This document shows, piece after piece, positions 9,001 to 18,200 of a DNA stretch of 64,000 nt (positions are counted from its first letter, which is position 1; each line of letters starts with the position of its first letter). This DNA comes from a virus. Location of the stretch: positions 1-64,000 of the IMG/VR virus record IMGVR_UViG_3300043446_005775, one strand, 5' to 3'. Both the position numbers and the translations under genes were made by a program. The notes under the pieces are model-generated. The model was not told where the DNA came from. It did not search any database and was given only the letters and a program-made list of their open reading frames with translations.

Positions 9001-11899
9001 AACAACAACAATAACGCAGAGAATTGCAAACATTGTTGCAGCTAATATTGCCAGTCCATCACAGTTCTTTATCGCAAGCTTCACTCGTGAATCAGCAGAT
9101 GATCTTCTTGAAAGATTAAATAAGGTTTTTCAGGATGGCACAACCAAGGACAACCTGTTCTCGAAAAGCCAGGTGAATACGTGGCACGGCATGATGATGA
9201 ATCTGCTTACTTCCCCAATAAAATGGCAAATTCCCGAGGGGTTGTTGAGCTTGGGAAAAGTCTTTGATACAGAAGTGATTCCCTTGAGATTTTTCATGAA
9301 AGAGGAGTTTGTTCCCGCGCAGGGAGATGCGCCAGCATACATCAAGCAGTCAGGTCCGGCATTTACAAACGCAAAGTCTGTGGTAATCATGGATAGCGAT
9401 GAGAAATCAGATGAAGCAACAAGGTTGGCAATCATGGAGTTGCGCAAGCAAGCTTGTCAGGAGGCAGGAGTTCCGTTGGGTGTCGGCAGAGATGATCCGG
9501 AACAATTTGGCAAGCATAAGGATTCTTTTGATGTAGGCAATCTTGACAACATGGAGAATATTTTCAAGCAAATCGAAAAGATAAAGAGTTTTGGATATAC
9601 TCCTGCTCAACTTGAGTTGGCTTTTGAGCAGAGAAGAATTGCGCGAATGTCCGACAGCAGCATTCCGCCAATCAGCAAGGAAGATTTGGATCTTCTTGCG
9701 GTTTACAAAAAACATCAGCAATTGATGCAGCAGAGACACTGGATGGATCACACCGATGTCTTGAATGCTGCGTATTCAGTTCTGAGTAATGACAGAAAAT
9801 TGCTTTCAATTTATCAAAGAAAATTCAGGCAATTCTTTGTTGACGAATTCCAGGACCAAAATGGAGTACAGAGCAAGCTTCTGGAGCTTCTTGCCCACAA
9901 AAAGAATGGCGGTTCTGGAAACGTCACCGTTGTGGGAGATGCCAATCAAGCTATTTTCTCTTGGCGCGGATCTTCTTCAGATTTCCTGAACAATTTTGAT
10001 AGAGAGTATGGCGGTGTCAAGAAAACCATCAGCACAAACTACCGCTCAACACAGAATATCATTGAAACTGCAAACAGATTGCAATTGGTAAACAACACCG
10101 AAAGCAGGGCCAAGATGAAACCTCGGCCAAATGCGCCAGTGGGAGATCCGGTCCATCTGATCAAATGCGATACCCAGGACGACCAGATCAATTTCATTGC
10201 AAATCAAATACTGCAACTTATCGGAAAATCGAGACAAGAAGACGCAGTCATACCAACGGGAGAAATGATGTTCAATAAAAAAGACATCATGATTATTTGC
10301 CGCACAAATAGGGAAGCCAGGAGCATCACTGCCCAGCTCAATGCAAAAGGCATTGATGCTGCTGAAGTGCAAAGGCAACACGTAAGAAGACTTGACCGAG
10401 AAGAAGACGACAGGTCGGTCTTTGATCTGGGTTCAAGAGATACTGGCAGAAAAGTGGCAAGATTGGCTCGGTCAAGAAGGGAAACAGGATCACAGCATCT
10501 CTTTGAGGTTGTAGACGCCCTCGCCCTTGCAAATGACTACAACCAAAAACATGATGTGGATTATCCCAAAAAATGGACAAACAAGGCATTGTCCATCATG
10601 TCAACGATATCGCAGATCCTGCAAAAAAATAATGCAGGCATCAAAAAAGGAGTATTTTACAAGGATCTCATAGAGGCATATGCAGACCATCTGGAGACAA
10701 GATCACAGGATTCGCTTTTCCGCTTTTTAATGAAAAGCACTAGCGTTGCGGCCGGAAACTTGAGAGACAGGTTGACAAAAAAACAGCTATCCATTTTGCA
10801 AAGTGTTCAATCAATTGCAGAACAAGCAGCGAGAAAAAAGACAACAACTGCCGAAGGATATCTGGAGGCGATGTTTGGATCACCTACATTTTTCCAAAAG
10901 AAGCTGATGGCAATTGCAAAATCATCAAAAAATAACAAGGCATACAAATTGAATGAAGTCAGGGAATTCCTTGTTGAATTGGGAATTCTGGGAGGAGACG
11001 GAACGCAGCAGATGCGAGCCCTTTCAAGCATTCCCAAAATCCTGAGAATACAAGCCGACAGGGCACGAGCTGAGGCGGAGGCCTTCAATTCAACACAGGC
11101 CAACCAAGTGCGCGTGATTACCATTCATAAGGCAAAGGGAATGGAGGCTCCGGTTGTATTCTTGCCAAGCTGGTCAAGCGGCAACATGCCGTTGGAACAA
11201 AGCAAAACAGGCGGGGCAATACCTCGCGCCGAAGAAGCCAATCTGGGATACGTTGCGCTGACCAGGGCGAAGAGTCTTGCCTATGTGAGTTATGCCGCAA
11301 AATCAGGATCAGGGCGCGAGCAGGAAATTTCCCCTTTTGCTTCCTTGTTCCCAAAGACATCAAGCAAGATATGGGGATTTGACGGATCCTCACTCTCCGT
11401 GACTCGTGATACGACAGGCAGCCGGGCAACATCCTCTGCAGGGCCTAGTCGAGAGTTATCATATGCAGGATATGGATCGTCAGGTGGCATAGATCGGCAA
11501 GAACATGCAGCTCAATTGCTGACACTCCTTGCCCTTTTGCAAGGAAGGAGTCTCATCAGATCATCATACGCCCCTCTTGGGGTGACTCCTTGGGGAAGGC
11601 CTACATTTACGGAAAAAGGCACCATCGCCAGCGCGAGAGGCCACCTATTCAATCCCGAAAGCGAACAAGCCCCCGCTGCTGCTACTCCTCCCTCGCGCGT
11701 TAGGCATGATCCAGATGCTGATTCGGACATTGATTTGGACAATGAACCAGATTTTGATGTTTCAGCCTTCGACTCCTTGGAGAGAAGCTTGAGATTTCCC
11801 AACGTTTCCTCGTTTTTCAAGGCGAATCAACTGAAAAAATCGTTCTTTCGTGAGCAGCCAATACCAAGAGTTCCTTTCCGCGGCAAGATCCTTGTCTAG
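5..11899 (+). CDS. Giant (>=3964 aa) multidomain protein with C-terminal UvrD/PcrA-like SF1 helicase; probably truncated at the window's left edge
   Basis: Frame is open from the window edge (the TTG at 5 has no room for an RBS). SF1A motifs: ASAGTGKTT, ASFTRESA, NTWHG, VDEFQD, VGDANQAIFSWRG, TNYRS, ICRTN, TIHKAKGME, EEANLGYVALTRAK. The first ~2900 aa are not recognisable. Confidence 0.9.
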   Translation: MKRPGEIAAALCAEPPREAISLAVTPLQVSKSTHVATKVADFFAPGERGDVRPVRLDTDSETGGVGILNPVADHSVQYEGIPLSHVRRAHLSRNPTTGELEWVRGEARGRLPKVIHGTLLHPFAAADAIDAIHAGSFKDEDGNLHESHVASASPTGIVSRPASSDERFSGADISSVRTNGLLEIHGLPLFHGILAGSNAHDTTGVGAENSYYDEWVKQVQATNPGQLSGEALLGRHGRSLYATPPVVAFERPLNREISRLRQRLAFLQSKTTKLTAEGRMEMRSLEEELRSKEQLMQKIRIPDSASAMADDSDLGQSFFGIAPTLRGGMAPMYGKPSNPLRIEDLTRTVSATGGDRPYLTRGMGLFVDPSKHAGHYAQVVRAMTVPTVGVGGGLRSPNRPFSVIPTRVRVHTSVEPNTRMIPGLPNIPLRNVAALYPTIRGLVQGQVFFSDEDGVPTYVTAADNGPVLYNPRAETRASLVADGLPMYEHWGYAYTKSGTGHTLELTRLQDLKARSEIDPAVKFTDSDRQKLVKLQEEVDVRRKASDLFGYNSDTRPKIPGVPNQYGHPTIGEGPIARRAIPGLDPNAEVSKTRAVFDPLQIGTADRPSYISLSMIPAQSLDNISNTRESPYLRVLHDHDGVPDEVVRIPDRGTTTKRLSPDELTSEELAKKSFRAVVSSVGTSRYRVAMLLPSTAKHPVISTYNVRYSPQTMSYRAPAGAPNLLGQILGSVSEENNRRISQNVDQARIFEELFAARDSDTGRIFQQVIDSSNNPFAMHANLPLFEPVWDAEGNPIPGAYRQSLQASYVSRPLPGISAAEAARAGLQPIYQPPEGNIPPILLDDPYSPMSPDGTRSARGLAVYRLNSDTENGMQLLFPQNANAYFGVYDGQLRPESRRETYTYVNDTIRAAPVRQSKEGSDSTIDKHAAIELSRRLYYRRRNSAELASGQYKIIPVFEHDTQPSKKSNALMMRGWQSELMDGVSSHLETVENPSKEYVENYIIDSFAADPFANSEDKRSSISDDQARAMFNALGVFQMSQPEQFSLQEFKNWMREGLKKGKTDKEIIENRPVIGDAVFWPQDPAPPQVTTPRKKIVGAYRLFSQSRPLSLGECSISEDGRLMIPFKSPDFDQIREGQSLQLYSYNDGTKDVRYQYTPDQLTKRLLDPLLITEVMYDKRSKMAFCRTSQPIASYFGTDPDAIRKLESDLTKSFSITLHRHELHPVLPSDFVPYDGYIEQTDEPIPPDLFMKMLMGNELRDAEKEVAKNILRYFHAAATKRELGNDSEGLLRKIGVPVDAQDSHYMFASLKPEHYTWARFAADTTVDLNSPQYSEVMQLIKSMGKDTVDEISDPQQRIKIFEAIKEVAQNPEKQEKGIAEWLKQPLGQAILNFRNNRKPDADPMVQVKGDEGQLLSRTIGSLRWDPRDKQIQTGGEPITVAQHIFRMLGGGGQSAEQKTVLNGDRYSYTTEQGQQRQLSINGLVNTGNSLLLQEYKGCINDEFLKVIGFGAMADFAANLDDFDKNHSSLEYLDPTKEATGNPFDAIRKKLSLFALSDDNQEKIRLAGQIQKICDSYRNQQLRLVHERIGYYEELRDPQKAMFTALANEGIVGNFDRLQDVLSLIPGMKPQESKIIGFLGESDDFGNRMPGNSGFYRSSSNSNAYECSEAYLNPSAFQIVAGAGQNQDDEDLTFAKALEYPVIRKEVQQVARIGMELLFDPEGVGDAWEKLDEQDKSLLWTHLGLETDPSNLLKGIANYLGIDENDIRAGMMEQIKSSVTNLMSAEIANSASLTALHIQREQEKLRDSAYEAAKTKTAPRIDPPAPLVRRWSPLTNVVPHFRAYAEYGMEKTDRFEGRLPEVVAATLHPDNSFVPPMAPYSDEHELMDIPYGEGVLRGQSPFPACSDTMLQNVMRLKQDARAASRIIYWDNPAKSNDIVTVDQFDGAMFGNSFSSRWAPLRMLGQDSSDDSVSDGAVASITKQYFGIDQEDDAQTVALKIQNAILQGNALNGLLLAADVADQVDVEETVELPGHTRENPKTKNERGTGRVHRIDGIAGQLGRSKAQNGIYAVVDKSPDALKFERTGNSITIQKGLSFSWVSKGQSKIPGQIFSAQKVITDVPITISWSVQSNRININLSDLRKKTEIVSRIIDSDLTPTEEKNAQASAREHATRESNARLFSGAMPQEIPSLSSHDPRVKSAFQSQFDSSLVGTGNGFESVQNAREFELSTGWSLLHEDAIRDAFKDQRFEALIAPHASGQQGIVVATLPQQEDDEKVHAIVFIPMIPAGDTSALHDHTDHIDREGALIEERLYHQARESSYVLGLHSGSLDASSGNPGQTAAERMSRAPNFVNGSRSPLRNGKPDNIRVGRPLENETERMARTKRGGDGTPRSTPSVYGRFVVVSLDTNDFQKRDLAGSYVSFGDVDNKKAKSIEELKIKLQEARKKAKEAGIETVSNVNKRVELMTPTEKLMHAINMLEKEIRTAQLGLSEKQRKINESAEDIVVVPRESITSYWDPTIIMNHSSVAKMTPYLAYWLSQKSKRLDFSDSMKETYDHIQEHPLIDDSAKAALRDGIFSSIEERDRNTDSASANDKLLAKDHVHSRLITIPDGDSKISFLEIPDRVLKIDPTLSDRKIRFSSQQIATFLEELPSQLKKIAAENGLTVWAINGKVSEAFNYTNRAGQPLDAYGYRKKNVIIASTIGVDPMMEFITHFADFIAEKTWLVQDEMQMGQLNSVNKNYGECYTKALDWAKTKIDQAKKIRDSGFRENPDDPMSEELPREKRWIFNEILANISDQDELQDQLKVAKKLFQIYIATLLFSSGSFAESKSGKTHTYVNMPPVGWLNGAMPPPHFVSFDPVEQATALVHKNVRWEQLLNDTNDESKGIKDDAAALSTAVSDYVLSLSKTVAPEEKHINIAKLKINANTDAEQKESITYGIQPVNPSWGAELRTLEQQLKQQTGLTEQEKEQERAKISKLKKTIADAKNTGALAIIASAGTGKTTTITQRIANIVAANIASPSQFFIASFTRESADDLLERLNKVFQDGTTKDNLFSKSQVNTWHGMMMNLLTSPIKWQIPEGLLSLGKVFDTEVIPLRFFMKEEFVPAQGDAPAYIKQSGPAFTNAKSVVIMDSDEKSDEATRLAIMELRKQACQEAGVPLGVGRDDPEQFGKHKDSFDVGNLDNMENIFKQIEKIKSFGYTPAQLELAFEQRRIARMSDSSIPPISKEDLDLLAVYKKHQQLMQQRHWMDHTDVLNAAYSVLSNDRKLLSIYQRKFRQFFVDEFQDQNGVQSKLLELLAHKKNGGSGNVTVVGDANQAIFSWRGSSSDFLNNFDREYGGVKKTISTNYRSTQNIIETANRLQLVNNTESRAKMKPRPNAPVGDPVHLIKCDTQDDQINFIANQILQLIGKSRQEDAVIPTGEMMFNKKDIMIICRTNREARSITAQLNAKGIDAAEVQRQHVRRLDREEDDRSVFDLGSRDTGRKVARLARSRRETGSQHLFEVVDALALANDYNQKHDVDYPKKWTNKALSIMSTISQILQKNNAGIKKGVFYKDLIEAYADHLETRSQDSLFRFLMKSTSVAAGNLRDRLTKKQLSILQSVQSIAEQAARKKTTTAEGYLEAMFGSPTFFQKKLMAIAKSSKNNKAYKLNEVREFLVELGILGGDGTQQMRALSSIPKILRIQADRARAEAEAFNSTQANQVRVITIHKAKGMEAPVVFLPSWSSGNMPLEQSKTGGAIPRAEEANLGYVALTRAKSLAYVSYAAKSGSGREQEISPFASLFPKTSSKIWGFDGSSLSVTRDTTGSRATSSAGPSRELSYAGYGSSGGIDRQEHAAQLLTLLALLQGRSLIRSSYAPLGVTPWGRPTFTEKGTIASARGHLFNPESEQAPAAATPPSRVRHDPDADSDIDLDNEPDFDVSAFDSLERSLRFPNVSSFFKANQLKKSFFREQPIPRVPFRGKILV
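8780..11350 (+). other. UvrD/Rep/PcrA helicase domain
   Basis: Walker A at ~8981-9006, DEFQD at ~9842, motif III at ~9931, motif V at ~11119, motif VI at ~11250; full ordered motif set. Confidence 0.95.
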
Positions 11900-11930
11900 A
11901 TAGCGAACGGTGCGTCCTCTCAGACCATCA

Positions 11931-11939
11931 TGATATACT
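11931..11939 (+). promoter_or_regulatory. Candidate extended -10 promoter (TGATATACT)
   Basis: TGn-TATACT in the intergenic gap, followed by AAGGAG RBS and ATG at 11958. Confidence 0.4.
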
Positions 11940-11957
11940 AGAGCAAAGGAGAACAGA

Positions 11958-12242
11958 ATGGCAATCACAAAGAAAAACGACCAGTTTTACTATGATTATG
12001 AAGAAGACGACGACGAAGGCGACTCATCGCAAACATGGGTTCCCATCGAGAAACTCAGGGGCCGTCATCGCCGACAAGCACTTCAGGAATTGCATAGAGG
12101 TCGATTTGCCAATGTCAGGAATATCGATGCCGAGGAAGCGGAAAAAATGCTTACCTGGATGCGAAGGAAAAAGACGTTTTCCGACAAGGACATCAAGAGG
12201 GCCGAGCAAAAGCTTGCCGCAGAAAAGAAACTGTTTGGTTAA
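11958..12242 (+). CDS. Small hypothetical protein (94 aa), acidic N-terminus and basic C-terminus
   Basis: AAGGAG RBS; fills the gap between two giant genes. Confidence 0.75.
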   Translation: MAITKKNDQFYYDYEEDDDEGDSSQTWVPIEKLRGRHRRQALQELHRGRFANVRNIDAEEAEKMLTWMRRKKTFSDKDIKRAEQKLAAEKKLFG

Positions 12243-12262
12243 TCAAGCCCAAGGATATCTGA

Positions 12263-15200
12263 ATGAGTGACAACGAACCAGTGGCAACAGAAAGTGGCAC
12301 TTCGTATCTTGCATCTGATATCCATGCCTTGAGCAAAACCAATGATACAGCAGAAAGAAGCATTGGCGTACTTGTCGACAGGCCAGTTGACAGCAGTGCT
12401 GAGCCGCAAACTGATGCCCCTCCGCTGGCGTCAAGTGGAGTGGCATTCGTGCCACATGTCACACCCATGCAACCGAAGGGCCCCATCGGGAGTGAGCAAA
12501 TCGGCGGCAGCGCTGAAACCGATGCTCTCGTTCGCAAGTCGCCGATTGGTCGAGCTATTCAAAGAGCCATTGCAGACGGCGGCGGCGCTCAGGAGCGACC
12601 GCTCTCTGAAGCGAATGTTGCAGTTCCCGGAGGGTTCAAGTACGATGTCAATGGACAGCCAATACTTGTTCGGCCTTCGGGAACCGGACCTTTCACCGTC
12701 ACTCTTGGAGCGAACAGTCCAGCAGTTTCAGTAGCTGATCCGCACGGCGTGGCAGATGTAGCCGCGAGTCACTTGCAAAATGCAAGCATACAAAGGGCTG
12801 CTCCCACCATAGGGACAGCGGCAGATGTCGCAATTGGACAGCACCTGCAAAGACAAGATCATGCAGCGCAGCAGATGCGTCGAAGAAGTCGCAACGCGAC
12901 TGATGATTCAGAATCAGGAATCGGATTTAACGGCAGGGATGAGTTTGGCATCAAGACCATCGACAAGGTCCGATACCAGAGGCTTCTGGATAGAGAAGCC
13001 ACATCATGGAACACACCGCTGGATGCGGATTTTGATTTCGAATTTGTGCCCGGAAAGGGCGCTGATGCGCAAAAAGTCCTTTTGGATATAGTGCCTACAC
13101 GCGACAGTTCAGGGTCATACCTGAAGAAACAACAGCAGGCGGAGGCTTCGCTGCTTCGTCCTGAACGTGAAGCCGCAGAATTGGCATACGCAAGATATCA
13201 CGAGGAGAAAGGAAACCTGGGCTTCGTAGGGAAAATCAATGCCATGCGCAATGGAATCATTGACACGAGCAATGATTCACAAGAATCAGTATCTTATGCA
13301 ACGCACGACAGGACTGTGTACAGGGTTTTTTCGTTTGAAGACAAGGGAAAAAGGAAGGTCGTCATCCGGGAACCCATTATTCCGGGAGCGATAGGAGGCA
13401 CTCCTGCCGGGGAAGAGGCTAGCGTGGATACAGCTTCTGGAGTCCTTTTCCCAGCAGATATCAATCAGGACTTTTCAACGCTTTGGCAATTTCTTGACTC
13501 TCGTGACAACAAGAGAAGCGCAAAGTCAGAATCAATTCTCAGTGCATATGTAAACCGGGTCACAGAAATCGCCAAGGCAAGGTGGGAAGAACATATTGCC
13601 GGAAAAGAAGCAATCGCGGGTCGGCCTCCCATAGTCCAGGCAAGAGAAGGCCTTGTTGGAATAACTCGTGAATCAGGACTCAGTGGAGAGGCACATGCAG
13701 ATGCCGCTCTGGGCTCCGAAGACAGGAGGGGGCCAGATGACGAGGTCGCAGTTGCCAGGCGAATTGCCACACAAGCAGGCGAAGTCGCCCATCAAGCAAA
13801 CCTTAGGGAAATTGAAAACAAAGTTCCTTCAACAATGGATGATGATCATTTAGATGCAATTATTCCAGAATTGGCAGGCAGTTACACGCCGACGGCCCCG
13901 GTCATCGAGACTGATTGGCAAGCAGAAGCCGCATCGCTGTCGGCGGACAAAATCCAATCTGCCGCGGATGCAGTGGAGCGCGATCTGCTTAAGTCGCAAT
14001 CTGCTGTTTCCTCAAGCGAGATGAATGACACTTTTGAAGATGTGAATATTCCGGGATTGAAAAAACGCAGTGAATTTCCGTCACTTGCTGCGTATTTCCA
14101 GGCGGTGAACAAGCGGTACCGGCAAAGCAAAGACTCCGTAGAATTGTTCAATTTGAATATTCGTGTTTACAAGGCATTTATTGCCCAGAAAAATAGTCGA
14201 AGAATTGAAGCGTTCAGAAGATCAAAATTAAGCTTGCATCCGCTTGTGGAAGACAGTGCAAGAAGCGGAACGGCACGATTGCCTAATGTTTCAGCCACGC
14301 TGATGCAAATGGCTTCTTCCTCTTCAAAGGCAGACAATCTCGAAAGCATTGCCATGGCCATTCCAGCAGTGGCAACCGCGGGAATAATTGACGTTCTTCG
14401 CACACAGCAAGGCTCTTCCGACTTTCAAAAAGAGGCTGGCGCGGCAATTGCAAAAACCCTGACCGATTCTCTCGAATCCGCATTGAATCAGCGCCTGAGA
14501 GATGAGCATCTGATTGACAGGGCAGGGTTTGATACGGCGTTTCCTCAAATCGGCCTCAACAATTCCTCATCGGTGTTGTCAGGGTTCTTGAATGATACGC
14601 TGAAAGCCGCGATACCGCAGGATTCACTGGGTTTCAATGAGGAGTTCCGCACAAGGTTCTCAGATGAATATGAGAACAGGCTGAGAATCTCGCAGGCAGC
14701 TCTCTTGTCTGGCAATAAAGAAGCGATACAGGAAGCAAAAGATTCCATCTCTGAATTTGGGAAAAAAGAATTCGTCATGACCAAGGACGAAGAAAAGACT
14801 CTTAAAGCCATGCGAAAAAAGGGAAATTCCTTTATCTCCGATTGCATAGCATGGATGGAAAAAATTGGAAGAAGTGGCAAGCAATTCAAGCTACCGGGAA
14901 AAGACCCCGCAATTGTTTTATCGGAAGCGGCAGAGAAAGGCGACTTCGTAACAGTGTTGCGAGTCTTGGCGATGAATCTTGCCCCAAAGGAATATGTCAC
15001 TCTCAACCGCGATGACAACGCAAGAATGCCTATTGAGAAGCCATCAGAACAAGATCTGGCTGCAGCGAGGGAAAGAATTTTCCGCCTCGTTCATGATCTT
15101 TTGTCAAGTGATCAGTATGCAGACGATGTCAGAAAAGAAGTGCTTGCCACAGAGAATTATAATCTTTATCTACACACAGCAACTGGTCTTTCAGAGCTTG

Positions 15201-18200
15201 TTGGAATCGGTTTCTCAATGGCTGACAGGAAGACAAAGGAATGGCACTTTAGTCCTATCAGGTACATGGCAAACGCCGACATTATGAAGTTTGCAAATGA
15301 AAGAGCAAAAGTTGCCATTGAAAATGGCCTGCGGGGTGACTACCTCTCCAATTACGTACGCAATGCTCTTGCCAAGGAGTTCGATGGCGATCCACGCATC
15401 AGGGTGCCGGTGCTCCCCTCGCGTCGCCTAAACTCGGAGGGTAAGATCCACGTGGCTCTCTCTGTAGGAAATGAGGCGAAATCGATCAATATCGAATCCT
15501 ATGCTATGCAGGCAATACGGACAGTGCAGAAAGGGATTCAGGATCAATTAGAGAGGCACCTCAAGTCAGGAAAGTCACGTGAGACATTCAAGGGGGATTA
15601 TTCCAATCTTGGCTTGGATGAACCAAGAGCTCCGACAGGGTTGTTGCCAAAGCGATTGCCAGATGATGCCCCTGAGAAATTGAGGGATGACTGGCAGCAT
15701 GCGGCTGGGTTGTACAAGAAAAGCCAACGCGCGGAATATTACAAATCGCTTGACGCCAAAAGGCGAGCCGCGCTTGACATGTGCATTGGCAAAAACCCGG
15801 TGATTGATTCAGGTGATTTTGACTGGGGAAATGATGATCACAAGGCTTTGCTTGGAGATTGGCTATTTTCAAGATATCCGCAAGAGTCCTTGGGGAAACT
15901 CACGACGAGAAAAACGCAACAAGTCCCCGTTGCCGCGTACATGCAGCAATTTCTCCAGAATCCTGCTGATGGAGAATTGATCAGAAAGCTGGAGGCAGCC
16001 CTTGGAAACAAGCCTGTTGTCGTTGACAGGAAAACATTTGATCCCGCATTGAAGGCGAAGGCAACTCCTGAGATGCTGCTGGCAACCAATCCTCTTTGGT
16101 CCGCGTTTCTTTCGGCCAATGACCCGGAAAAATTGATCAATCATCCGTTTCAGCTTTCATTTTTCCATTCCATTTTTCAATCGGGATTGAAAAAAATAGA
16201 CGGACAATCATTGAAACCTGTTGAGGGAAGAACCAAATCAGCATTTGATGAGGAAGTAAATCGCATTGCAGGCTGGATAGAAGGCCAGCTGGGAAGAAGA
16301 GCAATTGAAGCGGGAGCTGCAGACAAGAAAATCAAAGCATCTGAAACTGTGTCCTTTTGGTCACAAAATGCTGTCTTGGCAGAACACACCGCGGCTTTCC
16401 TTTCTGCTGGAAACGAAGAATTAATCAAAGAGATAGAGAGGCAATTGCTTCAAAACCCTGGCGACCAGAAATTGCAGGACGATTTGAATGAACTGCAAAT
16501 AATCCAGGAAGATTCCGAGAAGGATCCAAGCAGAAAATCGATTAGATTCACACGTCGGCAGAGGGATGCCAACAACAACGACCTGGGAGCAGTTGCTCCA
16601 GATATGTTAGCCGATTATGTCCAGGCAAAATCCCGAATCATGCGCGACTACTCGCCTGTGAATGATTTGTCAACCCATCAGCCAATTCCCGTGGGAATTC
16701 TTGCGGGTATCGTCAAGGACTCTTTGCTGAGGTCACGCAATCCATCCGATTTCATTCTTGACTTGTCTCCGGCAATACCAAGAGATTCACAGGCAACTTC
16801 ACTGGCAGCCATCGATTCCGTTGCCGCAGATGTGCAAAAAGAAATAGATCAGAGAAAATCACAACAGGAGCTTGAGCAATCAGCAATGGGGCCAGCGAGC
16901 CTTGTTCCAGTAACCGAATCGTCAGTGCGGGAAATCATGAGTGAATCAAAGAAAAAGGGAATCATTCCAATAGGAAGATCAAGTCATGCATATCCGGCAA
17001 CGCTCAGGGGGAATCATGGAAAATCCAAGGAATTCCCTGTGATCTATACGTATGGATTCAGCGAATTGGTGGAATCTCCCAGCATTGTGCATTTGATTAG
17101 CGATCCCATTGCTGCTTCCGCAGGAGCTCAGTACGGAGCAATTAGTTCATTGGGGGATGTGCAAAATGCAATAAGGACTGTCAGCGACTCACTCGGATCA
17201 ATCGATGGCATGGATAGCGAAGCGCCGCTTCTTACCAGAAAACAGCACATTGACATGCATGTCACTACGTGGATGCAAAAATTGCAGACTTCTGAAAATT
17301 TCGGAGAGATTGACAACATAATCAGGGAACTGAACAAAGTTGACCAAAACCAACAACTTGACCTTTCTGACATGTATAGTTCTGATTGGACAAAGAAATT
17401 TTCAAAACTGCTAGAGAGATATTGCCAATCCAACGCCATAGCAATGATCACACCGGCTGATTCCGCTTACCCGCCATACCTGCTCAAGAGCCCCGGACGA
17501 AGACAATCCGGTGATGACGATCCTACTCCCTACACGCCCTCCGTGTTGTTTGTGAAAGGAAATCCACGCGCATTCCAACAAGTGCGCGATAATTCCGAGA
17601 GGGTTGTAACATGCATTGGCGTTGGAGAAGGAAAGACACACGGCGAGGATGTAGAGCACGGAAATGCCGTTTCTCAAAAAGCATGCGAAGTTGTCACGCG
17701 CCTTTCTTCGGCGTTCAAAGACAAGTCGTGGACTATTGTTACTTCATTGACTGGAGGCACAAACGATGCCATTCTTCAAACTGCGTTGCGATGGCAAATG
17801 CCAACAATTATCGTCGCTCCCTTTGGATTCAACACTTCTGCCGAATTGGGCTCATTTGGCCCAAGATTCAAGGATGCAAAGAGCAGGCTAAATGATGCAT
17901 TGGACAAAAACGCCGTTGTCATGACGGAATGCTTGCCTGGAATGGGAATGCAGAGACCAAAAAATGGGGCAGGCAGGGATTCTGTTCGCGAACATCAGCG
18001 CTTGCTCGCGGAACTGTCTTCTGCGACGATTGTCATTTCGGCGACTGGCACTCGCAATTGGGTTCAGACAGAAGGACAACGGAAAGGAATAAGTCCTGAG
18101 TATCTCGCCGCGATGATTGACGGATCGAGCGTGTCGAAGGTATTGAACGCCAAAGTTGAGGATTCCATCCCGATCTATGTTGCGCAACAGGCCGCAAGGC

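Noticed and set aside
8780-11350. Intein in the helicase, or a host uvrD/pcrA gene
   Set aside because: No intein splice motifs or LAGLIDADG blocks were seen; the domain is fused within a giant phage ORF, so no gene symbol is given.
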